Positions 9,741 through 18,218 of a DNA stretch of 64,000 nt are shown here, piece after piece (position 1 is the stretch's first letter; each line of letters opens with the position of its first letter). Position numbers and translations under genes: made by a program. The notes beneath the pieces were generated by a model, which worked only from the letters and a program-made list of their open reading frames with translations, was not told where the DNA came from and did not search any database. The stretch spans positions 124,001-188,000 of the IMG/VR virus record IMGVR_UViG_3300032516_000001; one strand, given 5' to 3'.

Positions 9741-11345
9741 ATGCCAATTAGAACCAAGGAGGATAAAGAACAAAGAAAAATAATGGAAGCAAACAAAACT
9801 GAAGAGTATAGAATCTTTTATGGTAATAATCAAAACTTAATACAAGAATGCAAATTATGTCACGACAAAAAACCTCTAAATGAATTCGTTTCTAATTATT
9901 CATTCAGATTCAGATGTAAAAAATGTCACCGTACGAAAACATATAGATGGAGAAATGAGAATAAACCAGCCTTCATAGAAATCAGACAACGTAGAGGAAA
10001 AAGATCTGCAGCATTCATCAGATCATTAAAAGAAGGAAAATCTTGTTGTCAATGTGAAAAACCATTTCCTCCGCATGTTTTGGATTTCCATCATTTATTC
10101 GATAAAGAATGGACAATTTCTCAGCTATATGGGAAAAGTCATGATAGAATACTGAAAGAAATAGGAAAATGTCAATTATTATGTGCTAATTGTCATAGAG
10201 ATACGACTCAAAACGAAATTTCTAAGATACCTATTCTAAAAAACAGATATTATGCCTCTGCATTAACTGATACCGAGATTAATATAGGAGATGCAACCAA
10301 GTTATGTATAAAATGTAACAAAACTAAACATATTAATGACTTTACTTTATTAAAGATAGGTAAACGTTTCACATATTGTAGAATGTGCATGAGAGAATAT
10401 AATACTACCCTATCTAAAAACAGAAAAAACAGAGCAGCAAAAGAAACTGTTAGAAATGAAAAAGATATGGCAGTATGCGTAGATTGTGGTAATAAATTTC
10501 ATTATTGGATATTTGACACTGATCATATAGGAGAAGACAAAATTGGAAATATAAATATTCTACAAAACGGATCGATACATGAAGTCAAAGATGAATTGAA
10601 TAAATGCGACATAATTTGTGTTAATTGTCATAGAAAACGAACTTGGCAATGGAGGAAAAATTCAGAACCATGTATATGCGGGTTTAAACCAAGAAGTGCA
10701 TCAGAAAAATCAAAACACATTAAAGATTGTCCGCTCCAAGAAAAACCAATCATAAACGAGTCAGAAGTTGATACCTTCATACAAAAAATAGAATCATTCA
10801 GAACAAATAACTTAGAAGAATCTCATGCAATACTCGATAAATATCATTATGCTAAATTTGGTAGATCAGCCTACGTTGTATATAAAGCATTATATGATAA
10901 TGAAATAGTAGCTATCGTGAAATTCGCTACCCCAGTGAGAAAAGAAGTTGCCACGTCTTTAGGGTGGAATTACTCAGAAGTATTGGAGTTAGATAGATTT
11001 TGTATCCTGCCTAAATTTCAAGTAAAAAATTTAGCGTCTAAAGTTATGGCACAAGTGATAAAGTTAGTAAAATCAGATTTTCCGCATATAGTGTTATTAG
11101 TATCATTTGTCGATCCAGAACAGGGGCATATCGGGACTATATATAAAGCATCCAATTGGACATATATTGGAACTACGGCCAATTCCTATACGTATATAGA
11201 TGAAAAAGGCGACGAAATTAATAAAAAAACCATTTACAACAGAGCAATAAGTAATAACATGAAGGAGAAAGAATATGCAGAGAAAATGAATTTGTCGAAA
11301 GTAAAAATAGGAGTAAAGGATAAATATGGGTACGAACTTAATTGA
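9741..11345 (+). CDS. Double-HNH endonuclease fused to a C-terminal Mom-like (GNAT) domain
   Basis: LDFHH..CANCHR and DTDH..CVNCHRKRT modules, then LDKYHY..KFATPVR..EVLELDRFCI..LVSFVDP.QGH.GTIYKASNW. ATG 9741 follows TAATTT by 5 nt. Confidence 0.75.
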   Translation: MPIRTKEDKEQRKIMEANKTEEYRIFYGNNQNLIQECKLCHDKKPLNEFVSNYSFRFRCKKCHRTKTYRWRNENKPAFIEIRQRRGKRSAAFIRSLKEGKSCCQCEKPFPPHVLDFHHLFDKEWTISQLYGKSHDRILKEIGKCQLLCANCHRDTTQNEISKIPILKNRYYASALTDTEINIGDATKLCIKCNKTKHINDFTLLKIGKRFTYCRMCMREYNTTLSKNRKNRAAKETVRNEKDMAVCVDCGNKFHYWIFDTDHIGEDKIGNINILQNGSIHEVKDELNKCDIICVNCHRKRTWQWRKNSEPCICGFKPRSASEKSKHIKDCPLQEKPIINESEVDTFIQKIESFRTNNLEESHAILDKYHYAKFGRSAYVVYKALYDNEIVAIVKFATPVRKEVATSLGWNYSEVLELDRFCILPKFQVKNLASKVMAQVIKLVKSDFPHIVLLVSFVDPEQGHIGTIYKASNWTYIGTTANSYTYIDEKGDEINKKTIYNRAISNNMKEKEYAEKMNLSKVKIGVKDKYGYELN

Positions 11346-11646
11346 AGTCACGAATAACTATGCCGAACTTCGTAAAAGACAAATATTACGACGACGGTTC
11401 GAAACACGAGAATTCATTATAAGTCTTAAACAACAACCATGTACTGATTGTGGCGGTACATTCCATTACTGTCAAATGGATTTTGTTGCTAAAAATGGCA
11501 ATGAACCATTCAAAATAAGCAATTTTCTCAATAGGTCGAGAAAACGTATAATACTAGAAATTAATAAACGTGATTTGGTTTGCGCGAATTGCGGCAGGCT
11601 TCGAACCTGGAATACGCAACGAGCTAAAAGATCGGGGCCTACTTAA
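11326..11646 (+). CDS. Small single-module HNH protein
   Basis: CTDCG..QMDF..DLVCANCGRLRT; the His positions are degenerate. Confidence 0.6.
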   Translation: MGTNLIEVTNNYAELRKRQILRRRFETREFIISLKQQPCTDCGGTFHYCQMDFVAKNGNEPFKISNFLNRSRKRIILEINKRDLVCANCGRLRTWNTQRAKRSGPT

Positions 11647-11956
11647 TGATTCTAGCTGCTATGCGACGAAGAGTGGAAGCCGTCTTTTCTTCGGTTCCAG
11701 TTTCTTTTTCAAATTTAGTCTTGGACTCTGAAACTTCTTCTTCCGATTCAGTAGCCTTTTGGGCCCACTGTGATCCATCAGGCATTTCAAAAACCGCAGA
11801 TTTGTAACCTTGAATAGTCAAATATCCTGAAAACTCAGATTCCCTAACCACCTTCTCCGGGATTTCTTTTATTCCCCAATTCCCGTCCGGTTGTAAATAA
11901 AATCCGGTGCCTTTAGATAAACTTGGATCCGCAGCATAAGCACCAGCGTTTCTCAT
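11639..11956 (-). CDS. Hypothetical protein ending in LRRIAARII
   Basis: 105-aa ORF co-oriented with the structural operon. Confidence 0.6.
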   Translation of the reverse strand: MRNAGAYAADPSLSKGTGFYLQPDGNWGIKEIPEKVVRESEFSGYLTIQGYKSAVFEMPDGSQWAQKATESEEEVSESKTKFEKETGTEEKTASTLRRIAARIIK

Positions 11957-12024
11957 ATTAAATACCTTTTTCCCCTGGCCACAGATGAAGTAGCCAGGGG
12001 AAATATTGATTCATCAGTATCTGT

Positions 12025-12597
12025 TTATGGTCCAGGACCAGTGGGTCCAGTAGCGCCCGCAGGACCAGTTGCTCCAGTAGCGCCCTCAGGACCAGTGGGT
12101 CCAGTAGCTCCAGTAGCGCCCTCAGGACCAGTGGGTCCAGTTGCTCCAGTAGCGCCCTCAGGACCAGTGGGTCCAGTAGCTCCGGTGACGCCCGCAGCTC
12201 CCTCAGGACCAGTGGGTCCAGTAGCTCCGGTGACGCCCGCAGCTCCCTCAGGACCAGTGGGTCCAGTGACGCCTTGAACACCAGTGGCGCCTTGAACACC
12301 AGTGGCGCCTTGAACACCAGTGGCGCCCTGTGGCCCTGTGGCACCCATCGCTATTACTGTTAGCGCACCAGTATTATATTCAGGATCTCCAGTCCATTTA
12401 TAGATGAGCCCAGTTGTTAACCGCTGAGCTTCAAGACTTGTGAATTGCGCCCCAGTACAAACAGTTAGCTCGCTAGTTATGTCGAAAGCCGGACCACGAG
12501 CCGGCGGAGCGGAACTCTTCGGAATTGTTCGGGCAGGGTGACCGGCAGCCATTGTTATGGCACTACCAACGGTGTTGTACACATAAAGTGGTGGCAT
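12025..12597 (-). CDS. Collagen-like (Gly-X-Y) repeat virion protein
   Basis: C-terminal run of GAT/GVQ/GPT/GPE triplets; tandem DNA repeats at about 12040-12335. Confidence 0.8.
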   Translation of the reverse strand: MPPLYVYNTVGSAITMAAGHPARTIPKSSAPPARGPAFDITSELTVCTGAQFTSLEAQRLTTGLIYKWTGDPEYNTGALTVIAMGATGPQGATGVQGATGVQGATGVQGVTGPTGPEGAAGVTGATGPTGPEGAAGVTGATGPTGPEGATGATGPTGPEGATGATGPTGPEGATGATGPAGATGPTGPGP

Positions 12598-12621
12598 TGT
12601 AGTTCTCCCTATCCCTACCTA

Positions 12622-13047
12622 TTAGGTCAAGGCTCCCATGGCATTGTGCCAAGCTACCCCATCTGAATAATTGTAGGCATTATCATCTGTATTCCAGATT
12701 CCAGCGCCTACGGGATAGAGATTTGCATTTGGCCGAGACACATCGTCGTATTCCTCTGGCTTTAGGTACATCAGGGCTGTTATCAGCCCTGCAGCCACGA
12801 GTCTACGGATGGCACCGTTCTCATATGAAATCAGAGATTTCGAGGAAGCGGTGACATCAATATATCCGGCAGTCAATGGAGGAGCAGGAGGTGATGGTAG
12901 GTACCTCGGGACGTACACCGGCACTTTCCGATATTGGTATTCATAACCAACATCAAGATCCGGTACTAATACCGGACCGGTGTTTACACGACCGTCCTGG
13001 AGGAGCCCAGTGTGTGTGAGCCGAATGTAAAGACGCGGTGTTGCCAC
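12622..13047 (-). CDS. Hypothetical, probable virion protein
   Basis: 141-aa ORF in the structural operon; IWNTDDNAYNYSDG.W motif resembles fibre/baseplate termini. Confidence 0.55.
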   Translation of the reverse strand: MATPRLYIRLTHTGLLQDGRVNTGPVLVPDLDVGYEYQYRKVPVYVPRYLPSPPAPPLTAGYIDVTASSKSLISYENGAIRRLVAAGLITALMYLKPEEYDDVSRPNANLYPVGAGIWNTDDNAYNYSDGVAWHNAMGALT

Positions 13048-13078
13048 GGTTAAACCCTATTGTCTGGTTAGTTTGCGT

Positions 13079-13603
13079 TTACTTGTCGTAGTCGTATCGT
13101 CTCGGATGATTCTTCAAGTTTTTGCGCTCGAAATAGTACGTGCTATTTTTGCTCTGATCCTTGTAAATAGCAGCAACAGCTTTTTCAATCTGCTCGAGCG
13201 GCTTATCTAAATCGGCTGTAGTGTCAACCTCTGCGAATACCCCAGCCATCTTCTGTACTATGGTAGCTATATGGGGACGTACTGCAGCATTCTGAGGACG
13301 TGCGGCAAGCTTATGAATTGTTTCGACACCCTCGAGAATTTTAATGATTCTCTGATAATTCTTTAAGGGGATCTTAGCGGCGCTCTTCAATTTACTAATC
13401 TGATCGCCAATAAATTCAATATCGTCTTTCATAGACTTTTCGCCCCATGATCCTTTGGTGTCTTCTCGCGCCTGCTCCCCAAGCTGCTTTGCCTGTTCCT
13501 GTAAATCAGTAACTATCTGTTTGACGGCCTCATCATGGGGGTCCGTCTCAGCCAGCCGCTTGGAGGTTGCAATCAAGTTTTTGAGCGCGTCCATTTGTAC
13601 CAC
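13079..13603 (-). CDS. Hypothetical helical protein
   Basis: 174-aa ORF in operon orientation. Confidence 0.6.
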   Translation of the reverse strand: MVQMDALKNLIATSKRLAETDPHDEAVKQIVTDLQEQAKQLGEQAREDTKGSWGEKSMKDDIEFIGDQISKLKSAAKIPLKNYQRIIKILEGVETIHKLAARPQNAAVRPHIATIVQKMAGVFAEVDTTADLDKPLEQIEKAVAAIYKDQSKNSTYYFERKNLKNHPRRYDYDK

Positions 13604-13636
13604 TGTCCTCTTCTATGGCCCGGCATGAAGGGTCTA

Positions 13637-15124
13637 TTACTGTGATACTAATCTAACATTAGCATCCACATTAACATCGTGATGTTTCTTGACCTTTTTT
13701 CCGATGTTGTAGTTACGCATGACCTGTTCTGAAGCAGACATTAAATCGTCGGAATCAAAGGTTGCTCTATTCTTAGTGACCCTACCATTTGCTACCGCAT
13801 GAATAACTGTGCATTTAACCAATTCTTTTATATAATCTCCTGTAAATCCTTCTGTAATTTCTATCATATTATTCCAAGTATCCTTGGTTATGGACGAATC
13901 TGGAAATGCATTAACGGCCTTAAAGAATGATTGTATCATTTTGGCCCTGTCCTCAACATCAGGATAGGGAATCTCAACCTTTAGATTGAATCTCCCGGGT
14001 CTATTGATAAGGGCTTCATCCATTGAAGCCACGTTATTCGTAGATGCTAATATGACAACCCCAGCGTTAAGTTGGGTCCCGTCCAATTGAGTTAAAAATT
14101 CATTTAAAACCTGGCTAAACCCACCAAGTCCAGACCTGTCCTGCCCGAATAAATCCATATCCTCGATAAATACTATGGTGGGGGCCAGAGTCCTGGCGGC
14201 TTCAAATAATGAGGTGACATCCTCCGGACATCCTATGGATTTACCAGTACACCAGACCCTGGTTACTTCATTCGATAACTCATTTGATATGGCCCTAAAC
14301 ATGGTAGTTTTGGCCATTCCAGGAGGGGATATTAATATGACATTACGATTTGGACACATTCCGATTGAAGCCAAAGCCTCAATATTTTTGAGAATGCCTA
14401 CTGAGTTGTCCCTGATAATATTTTTGATATTATCCTTCAATATGACATCGTTCCAATTTGTAGACGTTATTTTAATAAAATCCAGTCTTCCTTTATCAAA
14501 CATTAGACATTTTTTGTAATAAATGTCGTTAAGTCGAATTGATGCCTCGAGATCCTGGATGAATTTTTCGGCTATTGTTTGATACTTTGGATTGGATCGT
14601 ATCGATATAGTACAAATTCTCTCATAAAAACAAAAATCGAAGAACACTACTAATGGGATATTCTCAGACTTGCTCTTGATGAAAAATGTTCCATGAATTG
14701 GAAGTGTGACCTCCATCCCAAGATCTATTGATACCTGCTCATATTCAATCTTGATCTTATAATCATCCAAAAGATAATCTCTATGTTTGTATGTCTGTAA
14801 AAATGGATGTATTTCATACTGGGCTTCTGGACCACCATATTGAGTAAATAATTTGGAAAATGCCCAAGCATTCAGATTACGGGCAAAAGATGGATATGAT
14901 CTATTGATATTTATAGCTGTATGATATTCACATCCGAGCCATTTCTCCTGAATATCAGCTGATGGATTCTTAGGTAGAATATCTCCAAGTTTTCTTAACT
15001 GTTCCTCTTTGGAAAAGAATGAATCGATAAAGTAGTTAATCGCTCCAGAAATTTGAATTGGTATACCGTATTGTTCAGGGGACAATCCTTTAAGATATGC
15101 CGCAGTTCTATGTATAATACCCAT
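13637..15124 (-). CDS. AAA+ family ATPase
   Basis: Walker A variant SPPGMAKT, Walker B IVFIEDMD, second region of homology ASTN..DEALINRPGRF. Confidence 0.85.
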   Translation of the reverse strand: MGIIHRTAAYLKGLSPEQYGIPIQISGAINYFIDSFFSKEEQLRKLGDILPKNPSADIQEKWLGCEYHTAININRSYPSFARNLNAWAFSKLFTQYGGPEAQYEIHPFLQTYKHRDYLLDDYKIKIEYEQVSIDLGMEVTLPIHGTFFIKSKSENIPLVVFFDFCFYERICTISIRSNPKYQTIAEKFIQDLEASIRLNDIYYKKCLMFDKGRLDFIKITSTNWNDVILKDNIKNIIRDNSVGILKNIEALASIGMCPNRNVILISPPGMAKTTMFRAISNELSNEVTRVWCTGKSIGCPEDVTSLFEAARTLAPTIVFIEDMDLFGQDRSGLGGFSQVLNEFLTQLDGTQLNAGVVILASTNNVASMDEALINRPGRFNLKVEIPYPDVEDRAKMIQSFFKAVNAFPDSSITKDTWNNMIEITEGFTGDYIKELVKCTVIHAVANGRVTKNRATFDSDDLMSASEQVMRNYNIGKKVKKHHDVNVDANVRLVSQ

Positions 15125-15506
15125 GTCTAACTCATACCAAAGGAAGTTTATTATCGTAAATTTATTTTCAAAGAAAGTATTTAATTTTATGACACACCAA
15201 ATCGCGTCGAAATTCTATAGACTAAAGATGACGGATGATATCCATAATCTGATATTGAGCATTCCATTTAGAAATTTAGAAGAGATAACCGTAAGAGAAC
15301 AAGTATACCGCGCCTATGGAGAGATTCAAGTTGGGTCTAAATATCATCCTGTCGATGTCAGAATTTGGTTACAAGACGGGGCTCCTAAGCTTGAAATTAA
15401 ATCTAAGCAGGCCCAAATCTATGCCGTATATCCATTCAACACCAGAAATGAGCAAGAGGAAGCTAAAAATGACCTGAATAATCTGTTGTTAAAATGGTGG
15501 AACTAG
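15123..15506 (+). CDS. Hypothetical protein
   Basis: 127-aa ORF divergent from the AAA gene; the true start may be the internal ATG (MTHQIAS). Confidence 0.5.
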   Translation: MSNSYQRKFIIVNLFSKKVFNFMTHQIASKFYRLKMTDDIHNLILSIPFRNLEEITVREQVYRAYGEIQVGSKYHPVDVRIWLQDGAPKLEIKSKQAQIYAVYPFNTRNEQEEAKNDLNNLLLKWWN

Positions 15507-15707
15507 ATGCGCATAGAATGTGCCTGTTACATGTGCTATAACAATCCGACCCGTTGATTTAAGCTTAGAAATAATACTGAGCTGGAGCCAAGAATTTCTG
15601 CCGCCTGTGAAAAACATTTCCGTTATATGACGGAATATACAGTATTCGACACTTATGAAGAACTAACTTCGAATGAAATTGAAGTCCTTAAAATCATGCA
15701 TTACTAA
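15507..15707 (+). pseudogene. Small Zn-finger family member interrupted by an in-frame TGA
   Basis: Manual translation MRIECACYMCYNNPTR*FKLRNNTELEPRISAACEKHFRYMTEYTVFDTYEELTSNEIEVLKIMHY; TGA at 15555-15557. Confidence 0.65.
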
Positions 15708-15751
15708 ATATTCAGATGAAATTTTTATAATACCGTGCAAATTGCCTAAAT

Positions 15752-16405
15752 TCAATCTCTAGGATCACATTTCTTAGTTTTTGGTAGCGGAACAACTGCT
15801 GGGGCGGGCCATTGGGGGTCAAAATAAAAAATAACAACTTGATATTTAACCATCTTCACACTATCGATCCCGCCACAATTTGAATCATAAACTGTGTCAA
15901 ATTTATAATAGTCAGTTATTTGTGTGCCACAAAGTCCGTTAATTTGGGCGGATTCAACGCATCTGCCCTGGTTACAAAACCCAGTTTTTACTACCCATTC
16001 ATCACGGCCATCATCGTTCACATCAATTACCTTAATTACAACACCTTCTGAATCAGCATCTAAAACTATCTTTCCATTTCGAACAATATAGACTCGAGTC
16101 TTGCCGTAATTATTGTAATGGGCTGAAGAACAATCCACAAAATGGACTGTGTAGAGTTGCTCCTTTCTACCCTTTTCGGTAAATGATCCATTAGCAATAC
16201 TGGAAACATGTGGTACGGATCCATTATAGTCTGTACACTTAACCTGGTGCTTTCCAAGAATTTTAGATAATATAACTGATTCCTCAATTTTCGAGGGTAT
16301 GACAGGTTCCATGTATGGTTGATAAATTGTAACTGGTTTGTATGATTCGGATTTTGTTAACGGAGCGAATAGTATAGATACAGCAGCTAACAAACCTGTG
16401 ATCAT
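15752..16405 (-). CDS. Secreted/periplasmic hypothetical protein
   Basis: Hydrophobic N-terminal signal (MITGLLAAVSILFAP); FG-GAP-like Ca-binding loop DVNDDGRDEW; paired cysteines. Confidence 0.6.
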   Translation of the reverse strand: MITGLLAAVSILFAPLTKSESYKPVTIYQPYMEPVIPSKIEESVILSKILGKHQVKCTDYNGSVPHVSSIANGSFTEKGRKEQLYTVHFVDCSSAHYNNYGKTRVYIVRNGKIVLDADSEGVVIKVIDVNDDGRDEWVVKTGFCNQGRCVESAQINGLCGTQITDYYKFDTVYDSNCGGIDSVKMVKYQVVIFYFDPQWPAPAVVPLPKTKKCDPRD

Positions 16406-16410
16406 ATCAT

Positions 16411-16416
16411 ATTATA
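16411..16416 (-). promoter_or_regulatory. -10 box TATAAT 5 nt before ATG
   Basis: TG-TATAAT-ATGAT-ATG. Confidence 0.55.
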
Positions 16417-16434
16417 CATAGAAAATCTTTGAAT

Positions 16435-17163
16435 TTACGATACTTTCAGCTTCAATACTCCATCCACAACTGAGTGGCTATTGGCTCTTACCCAATCAAA
16501 AAATGCCCCTTCATTTATTTTGTTTTTATTCATGAACGGGCCTAATTTAACCCAAGCAGCATTTTCGACAGCTTTGCTTGCTGGTTCGAATATTTTTGTA
16601 ATAGGATCAAAATCTTTAACACCCATGCTAGAAGCTATTTCGTCCCATCTCTGATCATTGGCCAGACTTTCGAATTTATCGTTTTTATTCTTATTGGTCA
16701 ACACCAGGGTTTTGAACACTGCACCGTTCAAATTGGTGGTGACATCCATGTGTACTTCGGTCAATTCAGGATTAGAGAAATGCATCTCAATGCTAAGTGA
16801 TTCCTCTTGTTTTACATCATTATATTCATACTTGTCTATATTATATCTAATATTATCGACGGTTCCTGTATTAGGAACAAACTGTAATTTTCCACCCATT
16901 TTCTTCAATATTGCGAATTCATCTATGGCTTCATTTAGATCTTTATATTGAATACCATTCATCTTCGGTTTCATTGATGGATCAACATCAACATCGGTAA
17001 CTTCTAATTCATATCCCTTTTCTATTTCTCCTTTGTAATTATTGGTACCCGGAACTTGACGCATAAATGGTGGATATATTCCTTTATCGTTGAAAGCTTT
17101 GTCTATCATGAGCAACGTATCGCTGCGAACAGCTACCCGGGCAGCAATCTGTAGAAAATTCAT
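16435..17163 (-). CDS. Hypothetical protein starting with the IAARVA tag
   Basis: ATG at 17163 gives MNFLQIAARVA. Confidence 0.6.
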   Translation of the reverse strand: MNFLQIAARVAVRSDTLLMIDKAFNDKGIYPPFMRQVPGTNNYKGEIEKGYELEVTDVDVDPSMKPKMNGIQYKDLNEAIDEFAILKKMGGKLQFVPNTGTVDNIRYNIDKYEYNDVKQEESLSIEMHFSNPELTEVHMDVTTNLNGAVFKTLVLTNKNKNDKFESLANDQRWDEIASSMGVKDFDPITKIFEPASKAVENAAWVKLGPFMNKNKINEGAFFDWVRANSHSVVDGVLKLKVS

Positions 17164-17227
17164 AATAATATGATCAAACAAATGGTTTAATACTTCATTT
17201 TATATTACAAATGATGTATTCAAGTGG

Positions 17228-17233
17228 TAAAGT
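17228..17233 (+). promoter_or_regulatory. Extended -10 box (TGG-TAAAGT) 5 nt before ATG; probable leaderless promoter
   Basis: Same geometry as many other genes in the window (see findings). Confidence 0.55.
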
Positions 17234-17238
17234 AAATT

Positions 17239-17709
17239 ATGAACACCAAAAAATGTATCAAATGTGGAAAAACAAAAAGTATAGAAGAATTTGGTCATTT
17301 TAAAGTAAAAAAGAAATATGACTATGTAAGAAAGATATGTACACGGTGCATGTCAAATGCCAGAATTGTATATAATAAAAACCATCGATTTAAACAAACA
17401 TATCAAAATTGTGTTAAATTCAATAAGTTATTTGGAATAAAATGTGATTTCAGTCCGGAATTCGTAGAAAACATAATTAACCAGCCCTGTGCATATTGTG
17501 ATGATAATGAAGTGAAGATTGGACTGGATCGAATTGATAATGATAAACCATACTCAAAACATAACATTGTTCCATGCTGTATTAGATGTAATTATATAAA
17601 AAGGGATATGCCAACCCGAGCATGGAATATGTTGCATCCTGAAATCAAGAAAATAAGAGAACAAGGATTGTTCGGTAGTTGGTGTCCAAGAGGGTTGAAA
17701 TTAACATGA
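17239..17709 (+). CDS. HNH endonuclease-like protein
   Basis: CAYC..IGLDRIDN.K.Y...NIVPCCIRCN.IK; TGG-TAAAGT lies 5 nt before ATG. Confidence 0.75.
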   Translation: MNTKKCIKCGKTKSIEEFGHFKVKKKYDYVRKICTRCMSNARIVYNKNHRFKQTYQNCVKFNKLFGIKCDFSPEFVENIINQPCAYCDDNEVKIGLDRIDNDKPYSKHNIVPCCIRCNYIKRDMPTRAWNMLHPEIKKIREQGLFGSWCPRGLKLT

Positions 17710-18200
17710 GAATTTGTAGAATTTGTAAAGAAGAAAAATTATTAAATGAATTTTATTCACAAATTATGAAGTTGGCCAGTGGGCCGAAAAGAATGTATAG
17801 AACAGAATGCAAAAAATGCACTGATAAAACCTCAAGGAAATATCATCAAAATCATAGGGACAGAATGATATTGGATAATTCGAGAAGGGAAGACAAGAGG
17901 AATAATTTAAAAACAGAAATTACCAGAGAACAAATTTGTGAATTAATAAATAAACCATGTCATTACTGTGGAGAAACGTGCATTCCGATCGGAATCGATA
18001 GAGTCGACAATAATAAGGGCCACACCAATAATAATATTGTTTCATGTTGTATTAGATGCAATTCACTTAAAAGTGATATGCCAACACAAGCATGGATGAA
18101 GTTAGTACCCACTGTTCGAAGAATTCGAGAACTGGGATTCTTCGAACAGTGGGTTGGTCACAATCTGGGATCTAGAAAATTAGGTATCAGACATCGCTAA
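17706..18200 (+). CDS. HNH endonuclease-like protein, tandem paralog of 17239-17709
   Basis: CHYCG..IGIDRVDNNKGH..NIVSCCIRCN.LK; ATGA overlap with the preceding stop. Confidence 0.75.
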   Translation: MRICRICKEEKLLNEFYSQIMKLASGPKRMYRTECKKCTDKTSRKYHQNHRDRMILDNSRREDKRNNLKTEITREQICELINKPCHYCGETCIPIGIDRVDNNKGHTNNNIVSCCIRCNSLKSDMPTQAWMKLVPTVRRIRELGFFEQWVGHNLGSRKLGIRHR

Positions 18201-18218
18201 TACTGAACAAATGTTCAG

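Noticed and set aside
11958-12344. ORFs 11958-12344(-) and 12041-12277(+) with repeated peptides
   Set aside because: Alternative frames of the collagen-like DNA repeats.
15555-15557. Genome-wide stop-codon reassignment
   Set aside because: All long conserved genes are uninterrupted under code 11, and TGA, TAG and TAA end well-defined genes, often in ATGA overlaps.
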